DNA of 34,662 bases from Fonticula alba ATCC 38817 (taxonomy: Eukaryota > Protista > Nucleariida): assembly GCA_000388065.2 (NCBI GenBank), contig KB932202.1; one strand, written 5' to 3'. The translations under genes and the position numbers were made by a program. The notes below the pieces were generated by a model. It had not been told where the DNA came from. It did not search any database and saw only the letters and a program-made list of their open reading frames with translations. Below, in pieces: positions 1 to 10,800 of this stretch. The first letter of the stretch is position 1, and every line of letters begins with the position of its first letter.

Positions 1-409
1 CCCGGTCCAGGTCAACGAGGGATGGCCCGGGAGGCTGCCTCTTGGGCCGAGGCTGAACTCCGCCGTGAGGTGCTCTCTCTCTCTCTCTCTCTCTCTTCTT
101 CTCTCTCTCTCTCTCTCTGTTTCTCCCTCTTCCTCTCTTTCGAAGGCTGCCCTGGTTGGCAGATACCCGGGTGCACATGCTGCTGGTGTGCACATTTTCA
201 CTCAATTGCCGTCCTCCCTGTCCCTGCCCGTGTCCCTGCCTCTCCCCCTCTCTCGGTCTCTTTCCTGGGGGCAGCCCCCCGCCGCACCCCCTCCCGTTCC
301 TCGGCCCGCGGTAACGGTTTTCCCGACTCCCGAGCTCGGCCAGGTCTTTCGGTCCCCGGGGGAGGGGGGTAGGCCGGGAGCCGGAGATAAAAAGCCGCCT
401 TCCTGGTGA
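1..409 (+). CDS. Possible 3' end of an upstream gene of unknown function (exon <1-69, intron 70-145, exon 146-409)
   Basis: The open frame at 1-69 ends GAG|GTGCTC, followed by a (CT)n tract and a TTCGAAG| acceptor at 145. A phase-0 join reads ...AEAELRRE/AALVGRYPGAHAAG... to TGA at 407-409. No recognisable homology. Confidence 0.2.
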   Translation, partial: PVQVNEGWPGRLPLGPRLNSAVRCSLSLSLSLLLSLSLSVSPSSSLSKAALVGRYPGAHAAGVHIFTQLPSSLSLPVSLPLPLSRSLSWGQPPAAPPPVPRPAVTVFPTPELGQVFRSPGEGGRPGAGDKKPPSW

Positions 410-590
410 CGAGGGCGGGTTGTTATTTTTTCCTCACCACTCCCGCCCGAACCCAACAGGGCGCCACACTGTGGCAGCCGGCATGCGCGTGTCCAGCGGT
501 CAGGCGAGTCTGGCGCGCATTTCCGCCCGGGCAACACCCACGTTAGAGCCCGGGGGCCTGGGCACGGGCCAGTGTCCAGCCCAGGCACCT

Positions 591-652
591 GGGCGGGCGG
601 GCGGGGGGGGGGGGCCCAGCAGGGGGGGGGGGCGGGGGGGCGGGGGCGGGGG
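591..652 (+). other. G-run cluster, potential G-quadruplex
   Basis: GGGCGGGCGGGCG11CCCAGCAG11CG7CG5CG5: more than four G>=3 tracts with short loops, lying upstream of the tubulin gene. Confidence 0.5.
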
Positions 653-1308
653 CCGAGGCGCGCTGGTCCCCCTCCGCCCGCTTTTCCGGCGTGGACGACA
701 ACACCCTTGTTGTCTAGCTCCCGCGAACTACCGGCCTCCACAGCCGGCGCCCATTCACGCCGACAAGGGCACACCACGCCTCGAGGGCGCTCATGTCTCA
801 CGTCCGGCGCCCTCTCCCAGTTGGCGGCCGGGCCCGGGCCCGGCCGAACCCGGCGGCTTGCACCTCAAAACCTAGGATTCACCTGCCCATCGCCAAGAGA
901 CACCCACCTCGGCGCCACCGAATCACCCTGTGTCTTGGTTCAGTGCCCCTCCTCCCCTCCTCTTCCCCTCCCCCCCCCTCCCCCCTCGCCCTCCTCCGTG
1001 CTTGGACCCTAGTGTGAATCTCGATGTGCGTTCCCTCTTTGCCATCTCCCCCCCCCCTCCTCTTCCCCGAGCGTGCCCAGCCCCACACATGGCCGCCAAG
1101 ACATGCTGCGCACATGCATACCCACATGCACGCATGGGTCCTGTCAGCCTCCCCCCCCCCCCTCCCCCTTCGGCAGGGGGCGTCGGTGGCTTCCTCGGCC
1201 AATAGTACCCTCGCTTCTCCCCCTTTTATGCCTCCTCACACGCGCACGCTAACTCCCCCCCCCCCCCCTCCGCTACTGGCACATCCCCCTCCCTGCCCTC
1301 CCCCCAAC

Positions 1309-1315
1309 ATATATA
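1309..1315 (+). promoter_or_regulatory. TATA-like element upstream of beta-tubulin
   Basis: ATATATA is an isolated AT island in C-rich DNA, about 130 nt before the ATG at 1445. Confidence 0.25.
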
Positions 1316-1444
1316 CACGCGCACCTTCACCTCCTCCCCCTGCCCCTCCCCCCGCCCCCTCCCCCCTCTCCGCGCGCGCACCTTCCTCTGCCCTGCTGCC
1401 ACACCTCCGCAGTCACCACCCTCCCTTTTAGACACCCAACAGCC

Positions 1445-2794
1445 ATGCGCGAGATCATCCACATCCAGACCGGCCAGTGCGGTAACCAGATTGGTGCCAA
1501 GTTCTGGGAGGTCATCTCCGACGAGCATTGCGTCGACCCGAACGGTTCTTACTACGGTGACGACCCCGTCCAGCTGGAGCGCATCGATGTCTACTACAAT
1601 GAGGCCGCCGGCAAGAAGTATGTCCCGCGCGCGGTCCTCGTCGACCTGGAGCCCGGCACCATGGATGCCATCCGTGCTTCCCCGGTCGGCAAGCTCTTCC
1701 GCCCGGACAACTACATCTTCGGTCAGTCTGGCGCCGGCAACAACTGGGCCAAGGGCCACTACACCGAGGGCTCCGAGCTGGTGGACTCCGTGCTCGATGT
1801 CATCCGCCGCGAGGCCGAGAACTGTGACTCCCTCCAGGGCTTCCAGCTGACCCACTCCCTGGGTGGTGGTACCGGCTCCGGTCTCGGCACCCTGCTGGTG
1901 CACAAGATCCGCCAGGAGTACCACGACCGCATGGTCTGCACCTTCTCCGTGGTCCCCTCGCCCAAGGTGTCCGACACCGTGGTCGAGCCCTACAACGCCA
2001 CCCTCTCCCTGCACCAGCTGATCGAGTACTCGGATGAGACCTTCTGCATTGACAACGAGGCTCTCTATGACATTTGCTTCCGCACCCTCAAGCTCAACAC
2101 CCCCTCCTACGGTGACCTCAACCACCTGGTGTCCTATGTCATCTCCGGTGTGACCACCTCTCTGCGCTTCCCGGGCCAGTTGAACGCCGACCTGCGCAAG
2201 CTCGCCGTCAACATGATCCCCTTCCCGCGTCTGCACTTCTTCATGGTCGGCTTCGCGCCGCTCACCAGCCGCCACACCTCGCAGTACCGCCAGATCACCG
2301 TGTCCGAGCTGACCCAGCAGATGTTCGATGCCAAGAACATGATGGCCGCTTGCGACCCGCGCCATGGCCGTTACCTCACCGTCACTGCCATGTTCCGCGG
2401 CCGCGTGTCCATGCGCGAGGTTGACGAGAACATGTACAACATCCAGCGCAAGAACAGCTCCTACTTCGTCGAGTGGATCCCCAACAACATCAAGACCTCC
2501 GTCTGTGATGTCCCCCCCAAGGGCCTCAAGATGTCTGCCACCTTCCTGGGCAACAGCACCTCCGTCCAGGAGCTCTTCAAGCGCATCTCCGATCAGTTCA
2601 GCTCCATGTTCCGTCGCAAGGCTTTCCTCTACTGGTACACCGGCGAGGGCATGGACGAGCTCGAGTTCTCCGAGGCCGAGGCCAACATCAACGACCTGGT
2701 CTCCGAGTACCAGCAGTACCAGGATGCCACCGTCGGCGAGAACGAGACCGCCGATATGGATATGCAGCAGGGCGGCGAGATGATGGACTACTAA
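1445..2794 (+). CDS. TUBB: Beta-tubulin, 449 aa, single exon
   Basis: It has the MREI N-terminus, [39 protein letters not shown] and YQQYQDAT, with strong C-ending codon bias and no introns. Confidence 0.99.
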   Translation: MREIIHIQTGQCGNQIGAKFWEVISDEHCVDPNGSYYGDDPVQLERIDVYYNEAAGKKYVPRAVLVDLEPGTMDAIRASPVGKLFRPDNYIFGQSGAGNNWAKGHYTEGSELVDSVLDVIRREAENCDSLQGFQLTHSLGGGTGSGLGTLLVHKIRQEYHDRMVCTFSVVPSPKVSDTVVEPYNATLSLHQLIEYSDETFCIDNEALYDICFRTLKLNTPSYGDLNHLVSYVISGVTTSLRFPGQLNADLRKLAVNMIPFPRLHFFMVGFAPLTSRHTSQYRQITVSELTQQMFDAKNMMAACDPRHGRYLTVTAMFRGRVSMREVDENMYNIQRKNSSYFVEWIPNNIKTSVCDVPPKGLKMSATFLGNSTSVQELFKRISDQFSSMFRRKAFLYWYTGEGMDELEFSEAEANINDLVSEYQQYQDATVGENETADMDMQQGGEMMDY

Positions 2795-2805
2795 GTGCGG
2801 CGGAG

Positions 2806-2844
<39 letters not shown>

Positions 2845-2856
2845 CGTGTGCGCGCG
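2806..2856 (+). repeat. (GT)n/(GC)n microsatellite just after the tubulin stop
   Basis: About 50 nt of alternating purine-pyrimidine sequence, read directly. Confidence 0.9.
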
Positions 2857-3445
2857 ACACTTCGACGCGCGCAGCGCCCATTGTGCCCCCTCGCTCGGGC
2901 TTTCTCTCGTGTGTTGTTTTGTCTGTACACATGGGCGCGATGTGTTCGTGTGTTTTTTTTTCCCGCGCACGCGCCCTCCCTCCAATACTCTCCCATCTCC
3001 TCCTCCCTCGGTTTTTGTGTGCATTTCCCATTGCCATCATTGTCCCCCCCTCTCTCCTTCCCCATCACAATCCCCTCCCTCCCTCCCTCCCTCCCCCCTC
3101 CACATCTCCTTCCTCGCCCCCCGCGTGTTCACATCCCCTCGCGTCCATATGTGCGTCGCTCGTGTGTGTACGCGCATATGGCGTGTGCGCCACACCCCCT
3201 CCCCCTTTCCTCATTGTCTCATGTACTCTGTCGAATCATACAAAATGCCCCCCTCCTCTGCCAATCTCGCTCTTCTCCTGCCTCCGATACGGGTATTTTC
3301 GCATGAGATTGTCGGTGTATAGGGTTTCCTTGTCGATGCACAGCGCGCGCCGTGCCCTTTTCCCGTGGGCCGAGGACAGAGGAGGGTCTGGGCATACCAG
3401 TGCTGTTATTTCATGTTGCCATGTGCATGTGTGTCTGCGTTCACG

Positions 3446-3466
3446 GTTGTTGTTGTTGTTGTTGTT
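3446..3466 (+). repeat. (GTT)7 microsatellite
   Basis: Seven tandem GTT units, read directly. Confidence 0.9.
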
Positions 3467-5309
3467 GTCGCTTGGATGGACGCCACAGGAAGCAGGGCGT
3501 CCTTCTGTATGGCGCCCGCTGTGGTCGCGTTTTTTGTGCATTTATCTCCCTTGCCTGCGGCGCATGCTTAGCACGATGGAGATCTGATGCAGAAGAACCA
3601 AATATCACATGCAGAGTCACAGACGTGACTCGAATTCCAGTACAACCCTGTTCTTTTGGTCTCCATTCTGGCCCCTCTGGAGAACGGTGCTTCATCATGT
3701 TCTTCCCCCTCGGGCTCAATGTCGTGGGCGTATCCTGTTCATGCGGGCGTCTCATGCCTCTTGGTCGATTTTCCCGGCATTGGCCTCGGGGCACCGTGGA
3801 TGGGCGGACGAGATCGGGGCCGGCGGCCGGTCGGGGAGGCAGCGTTAAAGGTGCGGCCCCTGGCTGTTAGAGAACTGGGCGCCGTACGCGTGTGTTTCCT
3901 CCCCCCCCCCTGGGCCTGGTCCTGCCAGAACCTCCCTTCCTTCCCCCAGGGCCGTGATGCGCCAGAGGGCTTGGGCCCCTCCACTTGCGCTTTCCTTGGA
4001 GGAGGGTCTCCTCGGAGCACGATACATGGAGCACTCTTGCCCTGTGTGTTCACACCGACAACGGCCGTGCCGGACCCTTCACCCTGGGCGTCTGGGTGAC
4101 CAGCCCTTTGACGTTAGAATTCCCCCCTCTCCTTCTCTCTCTCTCTTTCTCTCTATTCCCCCCTCTCCTTCTCTCTCTCTCTCTCTCTCTCACCGTCCCT
4201 TTCACTCGTCTTGTTTTCCGCTCAGCCCCTTCCAAGCCGCTCTTTCTCTCATTCTCTGGTTCTCTCCTTGTTCTCCTCTGGACATTCAGTCGGGAGGAGA
4301 TGGAGGACAATTACGTCGCTTCGCCGGTGGCCTCAAAGATCTCCGTCCTGGGGACTGGGGTTGCACCGGCCCGGGCGGAGTGCTAGGGGCAAATTCAAAT
4401 GCGCCGGCAGGCAGGGAGCCATGAACTGGCAGCACCTCGCCGGAGGAAGGGCGGGTGGTGTTGGCGATCCCCCCCCCTCCCCCCCCCGTCCCTAGCCCCT
4501 GGTTCCGGCCGCGGAGATTTAGCAAGGGGGAAATAGGCCGAGGCAAGACGGTCTGAGCGCTCCCTCGTCGGCACCCGCTACCAGGGATCCCCCGCACACA
4601 CTCTCAAGCGGCCCCCATTGTCCGGGTACCACCACTGTGCTTTCGGCTGCCAGTGGCTCTTCCGGTCTGTCCCGCGTCTCGAAGGAGGTGTCCAGCCCGA
4701 GCAACATCTCTTCTCCGCTCCGGTCTGTCCCCCCCCTCCCTTCCCTTGATTCATGCTCTTCGGGGTAGGTGGAGGGGGAGGGGGGGGGGGGGGGGTGGTG
4801 TGCCGTCTTTTCTCTCGCGGCCCCCGCCGCTCCCAACCCCCCCCCGCCGCGGGGGGGCGGTGGGGGGGGGGGGGGGGCCCGACAACTTTTCGGCCCCGCG
4901 TCCACCGGGTCCTGGCCTCCAGCTCGCCACACCCACCCCCTCCCCTCTCCCCCTTTCTGCCCGCCCCCCCCCTCTCCGCCCCCCTGCTCGCCTGTCCGCT
5001 GGTCCGCCCCTCCCCCGTTTATACCGGCCTCTCCCCCGCGACACCCGGCCCCCGCGCTGTGCCCGCAGCGGACTGGGCGCCCCCTCCCCCTCGCCCGTTG
5101 CACCTCCCCTACCCAACTGGCTGATCGATGGGTGCCTTGTGAGAGAGCCATTGTGCCCGCCTTCTCTGTCTGTCTCTCTCTCTCTCTCCCTCTCTCCCTC
5201 CCTCCCTCTCTCTCTCTCTCTCTGAGCCTCCTTCTGCCCTGCCTGTTCGTATCGGCCAGCCAAAGTCGTCTGTCTGTCGCGGCGTCCCTTTCCCGCCCCT
5301 CTGGCCGCC

Positions 5310-7825
5310 ATGTCCGCGAGGCGGCGCTTTTCCCAGCCGCAGATCTTCTCCTCCTCCAAGGCTGCCAACGCGGCGACCAACAATTCGTCACCGGCTCTCC
5401 CCTCTTCGGACTCGTCACTGACGTCGGCTCGTTCCGACGCGGCCACCACCGTCGCTGGCCCCACAGACCGCGCACCGGTCGATGACATTTGTCTCAATCC
5501 CGACCTGTCGACCGCCATCTCCGATCGTATCACCCAGAATCCCCTGTTCTCGGCCTTCGGCAACATCACCACGGTGCCGTCTCCCCGCTTTCCCTCTCCC
5601 CCTCTCTCTTTCTCCCTCTCTCTCTCTCTCCCCCGCCATCTCTCGTTGCCCTCTTCCCTCGCTCTCCCAGTCCGATGCTGACCGCCTGCCTCCCCTGTCA
5701 TCGGCCGATCTTTTCCCCGCCCGAAGATCTATTCGCCCAAGCAACATGATGACCATCTGTCCCCCATGGCGCCCGGCGAGGGCGATCCTGTCGGGCTGCA
5801 GTGGCGGCGCGAGGGCTCGTCAGATGCTGACGCCTCGCCGCCGGTGCCTCGCTTCTTCAGCAACTCCCTGACCGATCACTCCATACAGGGGCACATGGCT
5901 CTGAACCTCACGGCACAGGCCAACGCCCAGGTTCTCCTCCAGTCCTACATCGACAGTCTCAAGGCGGCGGGACCCATGGCTGCGATGCGCGATCAGCGGC
6001 CGACACATCCACCCGGGGCGCTGACGGCTCGCCGGCGACGGAGTGGCAGTAGCCCACCAGCCGCCTCGGCGGCCTCCACTCCGGTAACCTCCTTCTCACC
6101 TGAAGCTTGTCCCTTCGTCCGGAGCCGGGCCCATTGGCGGCATCTGGCTTCGTTGTTGGACACCGAGGGGGAGGATGCCTTTCCGGTGGATCCGCAGGAC
6201 CTATGCAGCTCCCCCCCAGGAGGTGGAATTGACTGTGTGGCCTGTGCCCTGGCCCAAGACCGGGGCGCTGCTCTTTCCACACCCGGTCTCCAGTCTCTGG
6301 CTGTGGCTCTGCGCCCGGACCTGATTCACCGCCTGGCTGCCATCAACCAGCTGGCCCAGGTGTTTAAGCTCGCCGGGGCCGGGTCTCCTTCTTGGCATGA
6401 GCATCACAGGCGTGTCGATGTGAGCTCCGACACGCACGGGTCTCGATGCACCTGCTCCAGCAGCGCCGAGTGCGCCTCCCAAGGGCCGGTTCTCCTGGCG
6501 GTGCATGAGCTGCGCGCATTGATCCTCGGCGCGCGGGCTCTCTTGATCGATGTCGAGGATCCACAGCTGTCCGAAATGGCGCCTGGCTCCCCGGGCGCCC
6601 CGGGCAGCCCCCTGAAAATGGCCCCGTCGCGTGGGCGCATGGGGACGGATCTCCGCGGCCGAACCACGTCCACTCGTCTGGCGGTGGCCGGTGGCCCGGG
6701 AGGTGGCCCCGGCGGTGGTCCTGGCGTTGGTGCGGTGCCCGGGCCGCGGGCTGGTCCCGGCGGCCCAGGTCGACCGGCCGACCCGGCCGGCCCCCCCGGC
6801 GCTGGGGGAAACCCCTCTGGCGGCTCGAGCTCCGGTCCTTCGGCAAGCTCGGCACCCGGGGCCGATGGCCCGGCCCTGGGTGGGGGCTTGGCTGGCCTCA
6901 GTACTCGAGCTTGTGTGTACCGCTTTCTCCGGCACTTGTTCCTGGCGACGCTGCTGTCCTCGGGCTCGGCCGGCCAGGGGGCCGCGGCCAGCCAGCCTGC
7001 AGTCGGCGACCTCCGGCCCGGGGCCTCGATCGCAAGTGGCGATGCTGTGCGGTCGACCGATGCCAAGACCGGGCTCGGGGCCTCGCGCGAGGTCCGCACA
7101 GCAGCAGCCCCAGCCGATGTGGCTCAGCTCCTTTCGGCCCACCACCTGGCATACCCCCTGATTCGGTGTGTTCCCTCTCCCTCTGCATCCGTCGGTGGTT
7201 TCCCTCTCGCCTTGCCTCCCGCATCGTCCCTGTCCCCTGGACCCGCCTGTGGTTCGCGACAGTTTGTTCCTCCCACGGATGATGTTCTCTGACATGGTGC
7301 TTTCCGCAGGTCTTTGCACAAGACTCCCCGCTCGGATTCGGAGCGCGAGCAGGCGCTTCGCCTTGTTCGTGCCTGGATCACCGTCAACTGTGCGCACTCC
7401 TTTGCACGGCCGATCCGCACTCGTGTGTCGGAAGCACATCCTGCCGACAAGATGTCTGACTTGCACTTTTTTCCCCCTCGGTCCTCCCCGATATCACTGT
7501 CCTTCCCCAGCCGACGTTCCCGCCGTGCCCGTGAGCCTGGTTTCCACCATCATCTCCCTGGCCGAGTCCACCACCGATGAGCAGCTCCGGTCCATCTCAC
7601 TGGCGTCCATATTCGAGATGCTACTTACCAATCCGATTGCGCTGCTGGCCAGTGGTGGTTCGCGACTGGTGCGCATGCCTCCGTCCCCCTTTCCTCCCCC
7701 TCGCGCCTTCTCTCTCTCCCTCCCTCTCTCTCCCTCTCCCTCTCCCTCTCCCTCCCTCTCTCCCTCTCCCTCCCTCTCCCTCCCTCTATCTCCCTCCCTC
7801 TCTCCCTCTCTCTCCCTCCCTCCCT

Positions 7826-7856
<31 letters not shown>

Positions 7857-10800
7857 GGCGACACTCGCTTGAGGGTGGCCTGTCCCGCCTCTTTGTTTGC
7901 ACCCCCCACCTCTCCTCCCACACTGACACTCTTCTCTTACGTTACCCTCCCGAAGCTGCTGGACTCCTTGGGGTCCCAGTCTCTCGCTTACTGCTCCCCG
8001 GTATTGGGCATCTTCACATCTGCACTCGACCGCCCGGAAATTCGCAAGGTCCGTGTCGTGCCCCCTTTCCTCGCTTTGACCCTCTCCCTCTCTGAGAGGC
8101 GCCGCTCCCTCCCTCCCCCCCGCGCTGACGCTGGATTTCTCTGATCTCCCCCTGTCACCTTGACGGCCAACAGATTCTTCCCCTCAGCATGGGCGTCGAC
8201 GCTCTCTTTTCCAGCCTCTCGGCCGATGTTCTCTTCTCTCTTGGGGAGTTCCCACCGCCCGGAGCCGCCGGCCATGCGGGTAACCGTGCCGCTGGGCGGA
8301 ATAACGCCCCTGGCCCGGCGACCGGACGGAATGCCCCAACAACGACCGCCGGCCAAACCCTTGGTCCGCCCTCTCCTGAGGCACGGCTTGAGTTTGGGTA
8401 CGTCCCCTCGTCTTCCTTTCTCCCTTTTCCTCTCTCTCTCTCTCTCCCTCCCTCTCCTTCTCTCGGTCCCCGTTCCCCTGTTGACGATTGCCACAGGTGT
8501 ACCTCCATTCTTTCACTTCTTCGCACATGGGTCGGCTTGATGTTCTCCGCCGGAACGCGTGTGACCACCCCCCTGCGACCCGAGGACTTGCTGCCACTCC
8601 CCGATTCGGGACCCGGCATCTCTCAGGGGCTTGGCGATACTGGTGTTGGCAGCGGTCTGGACAAGTCCGGCGCCATCGGTGTCGGGAGTGCAGGCACACC
8701 GAGCACCCATTTGGCCACGCTGGTCGCGGCATTGCGGCTTCCTCCCCACTCGGCGACCCTTTCCCTGCGCAAGGCGCTGATTGGCATCCTCTTCGCCCTT
8801 TTGCGCCTGCGCCGTCCCCGATGGTCGACCTCCTTCGAGGAGTCCCTGGCGTCCCTGGGGCCGCTGCCCGAACAGGCGGACCATCGTGGCTGCCCAGTGG
8901 CGGATGCCGGGAATTGTGGCGGCTGGTGTGCCGAGTGGCCGGCTGCCCATTGGCCCGGGGACATTGCCATCGGTGTCGGCCAGTCCGCCGACTCGCACTG
9001 CCTGGCCTGCTCTCGGGCCCCGAAGCCAGTTCTCCCGGTTTCGGCCCGTGCTGGTCCCCGGTCATCCGGACGTCTGTCCGCCTCTGACTCGACTGCCCCG
9101 AGTGGTGACCAGACCGAAGTTCTGCACATCTGCCCGAGCGTGCACCAAATGCGCGCGCTACAGGCCCCCGTGCCGCCGTCACTCGCCGCACAACATGTCG
9201 ATCCGGCCCTCTCGTATCGTGCACTAGTTTTGTCCAGTCTGCTGGAGGCGGACCTGGTGGATGCCCTGGTGGATGCTATTACCGCGGCACCGGCTTCGAC
9301 CGGGTCACTTGCCGGGGGAGTGGCCTCAGCCGGGCCAGCTCCACCGGCAGGGACCCGCGGTCGGGCCCCCACTTCGGCTTTGGCCCCGGCCGGTGCCGAA
9401 GACATCGAGGAGCGTTCTCTGCGCGTCCAGGCGACCCTGCTGTTGGGCGAAGTGCTTCGCCTGGCCGAAAAGTATGCCCCCCCCCTTCCCCCTTTTCTGT
9501 GTGTCTCCGCCTCTGCTCCTGTCTGCTCTGTTGCTGCTCCGACCCTTTGCATTCGGAGACTCTTCTTCCCCGTTTTTGGATTTATCTTCAACATTGTGCC
9601 ACCCCCCCCCCCTCCCTTGGTCTAACAATGTCCCATATCCCTCGCCCACGATTAGTCTCCTGCCCGGTCCTGTGTCGGAGGCCATCTCCACCCTGCCTCG
9701 TCTGGTGGCCATGAGCGCCCTGCCCCACGCGTCTCCCTTGGTGGAGTCGGGCTTTGAGGCCTCCTGGCCGAATGGTTCTCAGGCACCGGGGGCAGGGCCC
9801 GCGATTGTTGCCCCGCGGTCGGGCAACGTCGGGGCACTGGGCATGGACTTCGGCCTGGCCGCCGATGTACCAGGCCTCGGTGGCACTGCGGCCTTCGCTC
9901 CGCAGCATAACCATCCGCACCTGCGGTCGGTGGCGCTGGAGGCCTGCGCGCAACTGGCACGGCACCGGCAGGTCCGCCAATCGCGCCAGCCTCGGGCCAC
10001 TCCCTTCTCCGTGGCCATTGCCGCATCTTCGCGTTGCGGGCTGGACCCCCTGCTCCGCCGGCTGGGCCCCCACCAGGCGCTTGTTCGGCATCCGGTCTTC
10101 GAGCAGGTGCCCTCCTCTGGCGCCGGTCTCGCCGCCGGGGGGACCGTATCTGCCCTGTCTGGCGGCGTCGCCACACTGTCCTCAGTGACCCTGGCCCCCG
10201 GGGCGGCGGCCCTCGCCCCCTCGACAGGGCCCAATGCCTCGGCCAGTGGTGCAGCTGTCCCGCGGTCACCCACCTTCAGCCCTGGGGCCGGGTCGGGGAT
10301 TGGCACCGGGGCGCCCTCCCTCTCGGCTCCCGGGCTTGGGGCCGGTACCGGCAGTGCCAGTGGCATCAACCTGATTGGCACCGGGGCGGGTCCCGTCGGG
10401 AATTCCGGGATGCTGCCCGGTGCCACCGGGGTGACCAGTGCCGGTGGCGTGCCCGGTGCAGTGGGCATCCCCGGTCATGGGAGCGTGCCGGGGGCTCCGT
10501 CACCGGTGCTGCTCAATCCCACCCTCGGCGGGGCCTCCCCACCGACCGGCGTCACTGGGGTCGGGCCAGTTCCGACGCTGGCCCCTCTGGGCAGCTTCCA
10601 TCCACTCAGTAGCGCTCCCTTCGGTGGTTGTCCCTTTTCAGCCACCGATGGCGTGGTGTGTGCTCTCTGTCGAGCCGGGGCCCCGTGCATGTCAGTTGCC
10701 AGCAGCACGGCGGCTGCCGCCTCAGCTGTGGCCGCTTCGACTGCATTTATGGCCGGTACTTGCCCACTTCCCCCTCTCCTTTCTCAATGTTTTCTTTTTC

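Noticed and set aside
1226-3040. 604-aa ORF antisense to beta-tubulin
   Set aside because: It is the in-register shadow of a gene with strong C-ending codon bias, which removes antisense stops. Its ends run through microsatellites and it has no independent protein features.
5668-5871. Proximal CAG acceptor at 5670 for RICTOR intron 1, suggesting a frameshift or pseudogene
   Set aside because: The GCTGAC branch motif (5677-5682) lies downstream of that AG. The acceptor at 5726 restores the frame at phase 0.
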